DNA of 64,000 nt from a virus, in IMG/VR virus record IMGVR_UViG_3300009703_004110, positions 133,298 through 197,297 of that record. One strand, given 5' to 3'. Within the stretch, counting starts at the first letter, position 1. The number at the start of each line of letters is the position of its first letter. The translations under genes were made by a program, and so were the position numbers. Shown piece after piece: positions 20,028-27,292 of the stretch. Under the pieces are notes generated by a model that was not told where the DNA came from, did not search any database, and saw nothing but the letters and a program-made list of their open reading frames with translations.

Positions 20028-20625
20028 AATACCTTGACAGAATCTCTTCTAAGGCGTCATGGATCTCATCCTCTAAATCCTCTGCCTCTTCTTTGTCTAG
20101 CTCTAGATCGAATGGCAGGTTTACCCTTGCGCCGACTTCATTATCCTTTATGAAGATATTAAAATGAGGGTCCGGAGTTTTGCACTCAGTATCTTCGTCA
20201 TTAGTAGTGTGAAGAACTTCCTTCATCTGTTCGGCCATGTCATGAACCCTGTCAGATGCGTCGGGAAGCTCTAAAAGTTTAAGAGCAATCGCGAGTTTGG
20301 TAAGGTCACTAAAGAGAGAAGACTTCTTTTTCTTCTTCTTCTTCTTCTTTTTATCTTTCCACTTGACCTTCTTTTCCCACTTCTTAACTTTCTTTTTTGT
20401 TTCCTCTTTGTCAGTGGAAACGTGAGATTCTTCTAGATTTTTGTTTTGGTTCAATACGCCCCATGCCTTTGCATAAGCTCTCGCATCGCTTTCGCCAGCA
20501 TCCTTAGCGCCCTCAAAGACAGCCATAAATTGGCGGTACTCTTTGGCGCCAGCACCTGGATGACGCTTCTTGACTTTCTTTTTAATATCAGCAGGAACTG
20601 ATTTTTTCTTTGCCGTAATCAGCAT
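19972..20625 (-). CDS. ChaB-like domain protein with poly-lysine tract
   Basis: VPADIKKKV...QFMAVFEGA...ARAYAKAWG resembles ChaB; long Lys run; carries the shared helical-hairpin motif. Confidence 0.6.
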   Translation of the reverse strand: MLITAKKKSVPADIKKKVKKRHPGAGAKEYRQFMAVFEGAKDAGESDARAYAKAWGVLNQNKNLEESHVSTDKEETKKKVKKWEKKVKWKDKKKKKKKKKKSSLFSDLTKLAIALKLLELPDASDRVHDMAEQMKEVLHTTNDEDTECKTPDPHFNIFIKDNEVGARVNLPFDLELDKEEAEDLEDEIHDALEEILSRYFEEEDDAKEQAEEKKSSN

Positions 20626-20638
20626 CTTAAAACTCCAT

Positions 20639-20676
20639 TAAAAAAGCCGCAGATCTAATGGGATCTGCAGCTTTAA
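20639..20676 (-). terminator. Rho-independent terminator
   Basis: Minus strand AAAGCTGCAGATC-ccatta-GATCTGCGGC followed by a T run. Confidence 0.65.
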
Positions 20677-20775
20677 GACTTTCCCATCTAATTAGGAGCG
20701 TCAATATTAATATAGTTTAATCACATATGCGCGCGCGCGGCTCTAACTACATTATCTAGTTCAATTTTTTTCCAT

Positions 20776-20877
20776 TTATTCCTCGCATTCACACCTGACG
20801 CAATCACAGCAGCTAGTAACACAAACGCACTCTCTGCAGATTGCACATAGCTCGCAACATTCACATTTATTTTCCAT
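20776..20877 (-). CDS. 33-aa Cys-rich metallothionein-like microprotein
   Basis: Below ORF-track cutoff. AGGAGG 5 nt before ATG; MENKCECCELCAICRECVCVTSCCDCVRCECEE*, 12 Cys. Confidence 0.75.
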   Translation of the reverse strand: MENKCECCELCAICRECVCVTSCCDCVRCECEE

Positions 20878-20904
20878 AATAACCTCCTATAAAGTAGCTA
20901 ATTA

Positions 20905-21273
20905 TTAGTTGGTTATATTCATCTTCGATATGCCTTTTGGATTCATAACGCCTATGCCAATTTTTTCAGTTACAGACCATGAAAGTCCCGTCCTTGGTAA
21001 TAAAGCAGGAAAAGAATCAAAGTTATATACGCACCATTCCTTTAAAACATCTGGAAGATCATCAAATATCTCCTCCAGAGGGCATGGTGTTGATGTGGCA
21101 ATAAGCTTTCCATTACGAATACTTTTCTGCTGTTTAATTTTATAACAATTAACTTTATAATCATATATTCCATAGTATACGAATTCAAATTCGCCATTAG
21201 AAAATTTACCACTACTAACTTCTTTAAAGCCAGCAGCTTTCAATATTCTTTCAAATTCATTACAGTCTTCCAT
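20905..21273 (-). CDS. array microprotein, tag internal (DDLPDVLKEWCVYNFDSF)
   Basis: Divergent copy of the shared tag followed by an extension. Confidence 0.7.
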   Translation of the reverse strand: MEDCNEFERILKAAGFKEVSSGKFSNGEFEFVYYGIYDYKVNCYKIKQQKSIRNGKLIATSTPCPLEEIFDDLPDVLKEWCVYNFDSFPALLPRTGLSWSVTEKIGIGVMNPKGISKMNITN

Positions 21274-21656
21274 TAGGCAAACCTCAATCTTTCGTATTCT
21301 GCTTTCTCTGTGGCATTAGCACGTTTTGCCTCAGCAGCATTAACAAGTCTTTTACGTTCTCTAGCAAGGTCCTGCATGTTAAATAATGTTGTATCTCTTA
21401 TTTCATATACAGTTAATTGGTCATATGCGTGTTCGTTATAACTCTCAGGTAAGTGTCCGGCATATTTGCTATCCCAATACATTTCCTCATAATCGTCATC
21501 ATTATAGTCAAGATCGTTAACAAATAAAAGTTCTTTTTTAATTCTTGCAACAAGCTCCTCCATCGAATCAGCATATTCTGTCCAGGTTTTTACTCCGCAG
21601 CCAATAGTGTAATCACATCCGCTGCCTTGCTCGGCTATAACTAAAAAGGTCTTCAT
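21273..21656 (-). CDS. hypothetical phage protein (GCDYTIGCG motif), no tag
   Basis: Coupled ORF inside the array. Confidence 0.7.
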   Translation of the reverse strand: MKTFLVIAEQGSGCDYTIGCGVKTWTEYADSMEELVARIKKELLFVNDLDYNDDDYEEMYWDSKYAGHLPESYNEHAYDQLTVYEIRDTTLFNMQDLARERKRLVNAAEAKRANATEKAEYERLRFA

Positions 21657-21943
21657 AATCTTATCTCTCCTTTACTTGTAGATACAAACATATCTAGATT
21701 ACATAATACAAATATCGCCTGATCTCTTCCAAGTTCCATTAGAAAATCATCAAGCTCAGTCTCTCCTATATCCTTAGGGTCAAGTCTACGTCGTTTATAA
21801 ACCAATAGTTTATACCCATCGCTTACCATTTTTGGAACAAATCGCCACTTAAACTTATCTTTTCCAAGCTCTCGAAACAGCTCATCTTTAAAGCCTTGGC
21901 ATTCAAATAAGGTCATTAAATGGCTCCATATCATTATGGTCAA
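21653..21943 (-). CDS. array microprotein (AIFVLCNLDMF tag)
   Basis: Shared tag near the C-terminus. Confidence 0.65.
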   Translation of the reverse strand: MTIMIWSHLMTLFECQGFKDELFRELGKDKFKWRFVPKMVSDGYKLLVYKRRRLDPKDIGETELDDFLMELGRDQAIFVLCNLDMFVSTSKGEIRL

Positions 21944-22151
21944 ACATATCTAAATTATTAATCAAAATATCTTTAATCGAAACTGATAAATAATCATCAT
22001 TTAACATAGCTTCCAATAACATCTTGGTACTATTTGGGCTAGACCAGCATATTATTTGAACCTTGCTACCTATTTGCCCCATAAACATTTTTCGTCTAGC
22101 CAGGTAATCGTCTAATCCAAGCTTATTCATTTCTGATATTATTTTCATCAA
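21903..22151 (-). CDS. array microprotein (SIKDILINNLDMF tag)
   Basis: Shared tag; GGAG supplied by the upstream gene's tag. Confidence 0.7.
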   Translation of the reverse strand: MMKIISEMNKLGLDDYLARRKMFMGQIGSKVQIICWSSPNSTKMLLEAMLNDDYLSVSIKDILINNLDMFDHNDMEPFNDLI

Positions 22152-22519
22152 AATAACTCCGCATTATAAATAATAAAGTCTTGCAACTCTATGGGTAAAT
22201 CATCAATAATCTGGTCAGTGCTTTGATAAATATAGTTACTATCTTTTGGATTCCATCTTGAAAATACGATTGTTTCATCTCTGTGCATAGAGACGCGCAA
22301 CTCTTTTTTAAGCTCTGAGTCAGATACATCCAAACGAAAATCTTCAAAGTACTGAAGAGATTTAAAACCGCTTGATATAACTAAGGACCTAAATCTTGCA
22401 AATTTATCAAACGGCAGTTTATAGCCATTAGAAATAATTAGATTAAGACTAACATAGTCGAGTCTAAAACCTAAGTCTATAGTGCACAAGGAATTATTTA
22501 ATCCTCTAATTTTCTTCAT
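22148..22519 (-). CDS. array microprotein (DDLPIELQDFIIYNAELF*)
   Basis: Terminal tag. Confidence 0.75.
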   Translation of the reverse strand: MKKIRGLNNSLCTIDLGFRLDYVSLNLIISNGYKLPFDKFARFRSLVISSGFKSLQYFEDFRLDVSDSELKKELRVSMHRDETIVFSRWNPKDSNYIYQSTDQIIDDLPIELQDFIIYNAELF

Positions 22520-22742
22520 AAATCTCGCGCTCTAATACATCGTTAATTAAAAGCTCAAGAGGACGCCTTATATACTCAGGCGGCTGTATTCTGGGCGATT
22601 GATCGCTAGCCCGTATAAATTGGGTCTTACGCATAGAATCTAAACGACATTGCTTAGAGCAGTATGCTAGAGAGCACTCAGTCTTTTTTATATATATAAA
22701 TGCTTTGCAGCAATGGGTACACATGGTTTTATGGGTTTTCAT
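22506..22742 (-). CDS. small zinc-finger protein, no tag
   Basis: CTHC...YCSKQC treble-clef-like motif. Confidence 0.6.
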   Translation of the reverse strand: MKTHKTMCTHCCKAFIYIKKTECSLAYCSKQCRLDSMRKTQFIRASDQSPRIQPPEYIRRPLELLINDVLEREIYEEN

Positions 22743-22942
22743 ATAAACAGCTCCATATTGTGAATCATATAATTTTGAAACCTTTTTGGTATTCCAGGAA
22801 ATTCCAGAATCTTTTCAGCAGAGATCGGATTAAATACATCCGAAATTAAAGACACAAAAATAATCTTTTTTTTGCCATCGACTCTCGCCATTGATATAAA
22901 ATTTAGACTCAGCCATTCCGAAAATTCTTCTTCAATATTCAT
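22739..22942 (-). CDS. array microprotein (IPKRFQNYMIHNMELFI*)
   Basis: Terminal tag, ATGA coupling at both ends. Confidence 0.75.
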   Translation of the reverse strand: MNIEEEFSEWLSLNFISMARVDGKKKIIFVSLISDVFNPISAEKILEFPGIPKRFQNYMIHNMELFI

Positions 22943-23235
22943 ATAAATAACCCTATATTATGAATGATGAGATCTTGAACATCAGGCGGAAACTCATTCA
23001 TATGTTCTGACACCTTTCTTAACTCATAATTAAGATAACCATCTATATTATTAGGATCTCTAATTTTATCTATTGATTCGTATACATATAATTTTTCCAT
23101 ACGAACAGAATAAACGATGCGCATTCTTAAGCCATCATTAAAAAATGCATGATTATGTCGATAGGTCTTTTGTACAAATCCTATCGAATTTAATATTCTT
23201 ATTATAGACGGAGGCACGGCATTTCCATAATTCAT
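22939..23235 (-). CDS. array microprotein (FPPDVQDLIIHNIGLFI*)
   Basis: Terminal tag, ATGA coupling. Confidence 0.75.
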   Translation of the reverse strand: MNYGNAVPPSIIRILNSIGFVQKTYRHNHAFFNDGLRMRIVYSVRMEKLYVYESIDKIRDPNNIDGYLNYELRKVSEHMNEFPPDVQDLIIHNIGLFI

Positions 23236-23537
23236 ATAAATAACTCCGCATTATAAATCACAAACTCTTGGACCTCTTCTGGCAAAAAAGCAAATAGGTC
23301 TCCGACGCTTTTACCCGGATAAGATTTCACAAATCCGCTACAATCAAGCTTTCCAAATGTAAGCTTAACATGATCGCCGCGCTCACGGAAAGATATTCTA
23401 ATCTCCTTTTTAAAGGTATAGTCGTATCTGCTTCCAGAACGTGAACTTATTTCAAATCCTGAGCACATCATGACGCTGTGAAATTCATAAGCGGGAATAG
23501 TGGCGAGAATGTATTCTCCCGGGTATCTTCCTTTCAT
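23232..23537 (-). CDS. array microprotein (LPEEVQEFVIYNAELFI*)
   Basis: Terminal tag, ATGA coupling. Confidence 0.75.
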   Translation of the reverse strand: MKGRYPGEYILATIPAYEFHSVMMCSGFEISSRSGSRYDYTFKKEIRISFRERGDHVKLTFGKLDCSGFVKSYPGKSVGDLFAFLPEEVQEFVIYNAELFI

Positions 23538-23784
23538 ATAAGTAAATCCATATTATGAATCAAAGCATCCTTTACATATTGTGGGAAACGATTGCTTTCA
23601 AGGGCCTCTGATATATATCCCAAGTATAAACATATCTATATCCCGCCTCATCATCGCGACGCTCCTGTATATAGGTGCTTATAAAAAAATCGTCTACATC
23701 ATTGCGACCACTATATATGACCATATTATTTTCTTTTAGATATTCACTTATTTCTGGTATATCGATATAATCTCTGACACTCAT
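23534..23784 (-). pseudogene. frameshifted array microprotein
   Basis: Removing one AT from the (AT)4 at 23611-23618 gives ...WDISEALESNRFPQYVKDALIHNMDLLI*, with the stop overlapping the next ATG. Confidence 0.8.
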
Positions 23785-23815
23785 AAATTCCGCCTGCCTA
23801 TCTAGGCTTTTCTAT

Positions 23816-23844
23816 ACAGTACCTGCGCGAACGATGGTGTGCAA
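23816..23844 (-). promoter_or_regulatory. possible sigma70-type internal promoter
   Basis: TTGCAC-17 nt-TACTGT in the only sizeable gap of the array. Confidence 0.4.
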
Positions 23845-23862
23845 ATCTAGGAATGGAAAGAT

Positions 23863-24117
23863 TTACACAAACAGTTCCAAATTATGGATAATATAATCCT
23901 GGATGGTTAACTCAAGATCGTTTAGTTTATCACCTATATCATAAAGAATATACTCCATTCTATCATTGTTCCAGATCCCATAATACCATTTTTTATAAGG
24001 ATGATTGCTCCAGTAATCACATATAATTTTTTCATCGCCATAACAATAGCATCCCTTTTGTCTGGATACAAAACCGCGCTTCTCTAGAAGATCGAAGAAT
24101 TCATTATATTCAATCAT
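23863..24117 (-). CDS. array microprotein (LELTIQDYIIHNLELFV*)
   Basis: Terminal tag. Confidence 0.75.
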   Translation of the reverse strand: MIEYNEFFDLLEKRGFVSRQKGCYCYGDEKIICDYWSNHPYKKWYYGIWNNDRMEYILYDIGDKLNDLELTIQDYIIHNLELFV

Positions 24118-24353
24118 ACAAACAACTCCATATTATATATGATATAATCTTTAACTTCTATAGGAAATTGATTAGAATTTAATACATAAGTTATAGAATG
24201 CCACTCAATATGTTTTCCAGGCCTTTTAATCCCAATAGAATATTTACCATCTTCATCTGCAAAGCTGCTAGTTGCCAAACTACAGTCATACTGTCCAATG
24301 AAATGACTTATAATTGCATAATAATTATTTGTATTATCATCAGGTATTGACAT
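24114..24353 (-). CDS. array microprotein (FPIEVKDYIIYNMELFV*)
   Basis: Terminal tag, ATGA coupling. Confidence 0.75.
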   Translation of the reverse strand: MSIPDDNTNNYYAIISHFIGQYDCSLATSSFADEDGKYSIGIKRPGKHIEWHSITYVLNSNQFPIEVKDYIIYNMELFV

Positions 24354-24542
24354 TTATTGGCCCTTTATTCTAATAAATAGATCCAAGTTATAAATAATAA
24401 AGCTGCGCGCAGGATCCGGAAGGTCTTCGCATTCTAAGAGTGCTTCGGCAGACCACCAGACTTTCTCGCAATCATCACTCTAAGTAACGTACTCCCATAA
24501 GTCCATATATCCATACACTTCTGTTAACTTTGGTTTATTCAT
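24354..24542 (-). pseudogene. array microprotein interrupted by an in-frame TAG
   Basis: MNKPKLTEVYGYMDLWEYVT*SDDCEKVWWSAEALLECEDLPDPARSFIIYNLDLFIRIKGQ*; TAG at 24480-24482; start overlaps the HNH stop (TAATG). Confidence 0.75.
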
Positions 24543-25384
24543 TACCAGTTATCCTTATTGGCGAGCATTTTTTCTAAATGAGACTTGAGAAAGCAGGCAT
24601 CGTGAGCCATCTTTACTCTATTACATACTTCACAACAAGATACTACATTGTCAAGGCTATAGCCTTTGCTAGAGTCAACTCTGTCCACCCCAAGAGTTTC
24701 TATCTTGTCCCCGCAATAATTACAAGGCTTCTGCCAAAAAGTAGAAAACTGTTCGTCAGTTAGATTCCAAGCAAATCCTCTTTTCTTTGCATTAAACTTA
24801 TATTTAGATAGCTTACCTGCGAGAGTGGCGTTATGTATTTTAGCATAGGCACGCTCCTGCTTTCTGGCTTTTTCTAGATTTTCACTTCGCCACTTATTCT
24901 TTGCAACTCTTCTCTTTTCGCGATATACCTCATCATCTTTATATTTTTCCTTGTGCCATTTGGCCTTGCAGGGTTTGCAAACTACTCCAAATCCATCATC
25001 CCTTGACTTATCCTTATAAAAGTCATCAACTGATAACGTTAGCTTACAATGCGAGCATCGTTTTTCTATTTTATCTGAAAATATACCACTTGCTGCATTT
25101 TTCTTTCTCTTTTTAATACGACAAAGTTTGCACACATTCTCCCTACCATCCGCAAGAAGCTTTGATTTATTAAAGCTATCCATAGGTAATAATTCCGAAC
25201 AAGCTTTGCAGGTCTTTTCTATTCTATCTATATCATATTTAATTCTTGGAACCGGCACTCTTTTGGCATTTTTTACTTTACTAGTACAGGTTCTGCACCT
25301 ATTAGAATATCCATCTTTAGTTGCCTTATTTAAACTATATGCCTCATATGGCATAGGATCTTTACAGTAGTTACAAGTCTTCAT
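24542..25384 (-). CDS. HNH-type homing endonuclease with three tandem Zn-finger repeats
   Basis: Three CxxC...F/Y.K...DG....CxxC units; C-terminal CNYCG...GVDRVDSSKGYSLDNVVSCCEVCNRVK; GGAGGAGG before ATG 25384. Confidence 0.85.
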   Translation of the reverse strand: MKTCNYCKDPMPYEAYSLNKATKDGYSNRCRTCTSKVKNAKRVPVPRIKYDIDRIEKTCKACSELLPMDSFNKSKLLADGRENVCKLCRIKKRKKNAASGIFSDKIEKRCSHCKLTLSVDDFYKDKSRDDGFGVVCKPCKAKWHKEKYKDDEVYREKRRVAKNKWRSENLEKARKQERAYAKIHNATLAGKLSKYKFNAKKRGFAWNLTDEQFSTFWQKPCNYCGDKIETLGVDRVDSSKGYSLDNVVSCCEVCNRVKMAHDACFLKSHLEKMLANKDNW

Positions 25385-25401
25385 CCCTCCTCCATACATA
25401 T

Positions 25402-25430
25402 ATTTTACCATCGTGAAGCATCGAAATCAA
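25402..25430 (-). promoter_or_regulatory. sigma70-type (early) promoter for the HNH gene and microprotein array
   Basis: TTGATT-17 nt-TAAAAT with extended -10 TG, just downstream of the capsid terminator. Confidence 0.65.
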
Positions 25431-25503
25431 AAAAATTTGGATTGGGTGTGAAAATTTTATTTCTTAGTGACGACCCACCCAAGCCAAAGCAGCATCAGAG
25501 GCG

Positions 25504-25537
25504 AAAAAAAATCCCTGTCTCCGAAGAGTCAGGGATT
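25504..25537 (-). terminator. Rho-independent terminator of the major capsid gene
   Basis: AATCCCTGACTC-TTCG-GAGACAGGGA then T8; cUUCGg loop. Confidence 0.9.
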
Positions 25538-25569
25538 AATTATACGGAATCCTCAATGAGGACTAGGGT

Positions 25570-26583
25570 TTAGTCAGTGACAAAGCCACTGCCGACACCT
25601 CGGGGGTTTACAATCCCAATTCCGATTATTTCGCTGACTACCCAGCCAAGCTTCAACTGCTTAGGCTCGTCAGCAGGCAGTACCTCGATGTCCTGACGGA
25701 CAGGCATTACACCTACGAACTCTGGATCCGCTACTGCGAAGACCTGCTTGTTAGTAACAACCTTGGAGACGATGATATCAGCACCGAAGATTGAACCATA
25801 AAGTCCAGTCTGTAGTAGTTCACGCTGAGTCACAGGATCGACCTGAGACGCACCACCGGCACCAGCAGACTCCCAATTAAGGATGTCAGTGAATTCATTG
25901 ATGTGCATGAAGTACTTAGCAGTCACGAGGTCCCAACGATCGACCTGACGCTTTAGGTTTAGAAGACCGACCTTAGCCAGTTCATCAGTGGTAGTACCGT
26001 TGTCCAATGTCTGCAACTGGTTCTCACCACCTGCGTTGTTGTCACCGGCGAAATCAAGAGCGGCGAATACGTTAGCATCCTCCTGCGCCTGGATTTCCTG
26101 ACGGGCCTTTTGCTGAGCACGATCGATTACATTGAATCTACGCCTCTTGACTTCAGCAATACGGACGGTTGGGTTTGAAACTACTTCAAACTCTGGGATG
26201 GTTACTCTGTCACCGAAGACACGGGACTCAGGCGCGGTACCATTGCTAGATATAACAACAGCTCCTACGTCGATATCACGGTCGTAGACAGGTAGAGCAC
26301 CTTGTGGAAGTGGATCGACTACGAGAGCCTTTCTACCTACACCTTGGTAATCAAGGTTCCTACGAATAGGATTAGCCATAGCTTGACCGAGGGCAGTCTT
26401 ACCTTCTTGAGTCATAAGAGCCTGCTTGATCATTTCGTCTCTCTGCTCTTCATTTAATGAAGAACCCTGAGATAGAGCTGAGCTAGAAGGTGCCAATTCT
26501 TCAATGATGGAAGCGTATCTAACAATCTGCGCTAGAGCATCTTTTACGTTGCCGGCGTTTAATTCGCCTTGTGTATTAAACAT
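25570..26583 (-). CDS. major capsid protein (HK97 fold)
   Basis: LGQAMANPIRRNLDYQGVGRKALVVDPLPQGALPVYD...FNVIDRAQQKARQEIQAQED...GWVVSEIIGIGIVNPRGV; follows a decoration gene; strong terminator. Confidence 0.9.
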   Translation of the reverse strand: MFNTQGELNAGNVKDALAQIVRYASIIEELAPSSSALSQGSSLNEEQRDEMIKQALMTQEGKTALGQAMANPIRRNLDYQGVGRKALVVDPLPQGALPVYDRDIDVGAVVISSNGTAPESRVFGDRVTIPEFEVVSNPTVRIAEVKRRRFNVIDRAQQKARQEIQAQEDANVFAALDFAGDNNAGGENQLQTLDNGTTTDELAKVGLLNLKRQVDRWDLVTAKYFMHINEFTDILNWESAGAGGASQVDPVTQRELLQTGLYGSIFGADIIVSKVVTNKQVFAVADPEFVGVMPVRQDIEVLPADEPKQLKLGWVVSEIIGIGIVNPRGVGSGFVTD

Positions 26584-26604
26584 AATTTAGTTACTCCTTT
26601 AAGA

Positions 26605-27267
26605 TTACATCTGTAGGCCAGCAAGGTAGAAGGCACCATACTGAGAAGCGGTAGAAGAAGCACCTGCCTGGGTATCAGTAGTAGATACTAGAGAGATGTC
26701 GTCAACGCGCCCAATATGTAGGCCAACGGCCTGCCCATTGCTGGTTGATGTGGTGGTTAGTTTTCCATCGTTAGTTGCATCTGCTGCGTCGCCATAAATT
26801 GCGTCATTCAAAGAAGCTGCAGTGTATTCAGATTCTGCGGTCCAAGCATCCTTAGTAACTCCGTAAAGTCCTGGCTTGGTCCATAGGGTTGCTTTACCTG
26901 ATCCTACGATGGTGGAAGGGCCGACAACGACGACACCTGCGGTAGAAGAGTCACCGAATCCGGTTCCCTTACCTGTGGTGGCGCCAATTACGGTACCGAA
27001 CAAAGTTCCATAGCTCTGAGAGCCATCACCCTGTACTGAAGTACCTTCATCGACTAGGCCGTGGAAAACTGCCACGGCAGAGACACTTCCAAGAATAAGA
27101 TGAATTTGCGGACCTGGGTCGCCAAAAACGTCAGCAGCATATAAATCTGTATTGACGGTTAGCGCCTGAAGTGTCGCAACCTCACCACCCTTGACTAAGG
27201 CTCTATTGTCGTCCTCAAGGTCGAACTGGCCTAATGGCTCAATTCCTGGTTGTAATGGTTTTAACAT
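26605..27267 (-). CDS. head decoration/cement protein
   Basis: Directly upstream of MCP; GSGKATLW..PGLY...DGKLTT shared with 31298..31993. Confidence 0.65.
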   Translation of the reverse strand: MLKPLQPGIEPLGQFDLEDDNRALVKGGEVATLQALTVNTDLYAADVFGDPGPQIHLILGSVSAVAVFHGLVDEGTSVQGDGSQSYGTLFGTVIGATTGKGTGFGDSSTAGVVVVGPSTIVGSGKATLWTKPGLYGVTKDAWTAESEYTAASLNDAIYGDAADATNDGKLTTTSTSNGQAVGLHIGRVDDISLVSTTDTQAGASSTASQYGAFYLAGLQM

Positions 27268-27292
27268 TTATTATTACTCCTACATTAGACAA

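Noticed and set aside
22140..24400. Tag repeats as a CRISPR array, integron attC sites or DGR variable repeats
   Set aside because: Repeats are degenerate, in-frame coding, non-palindromic and separated by whole genes; no cas, integrase or reverse transcriptase, and no adenine-specific variation is evident.
24480..24482. Genome-wide TAG recoding (code 15) suggested by the in-frame amber
   Set aside because: TAG cleanly terminates portal (39193), primase (52052) and the 5806 gene just before the next gene, and long genes are unbroken in the standard code.
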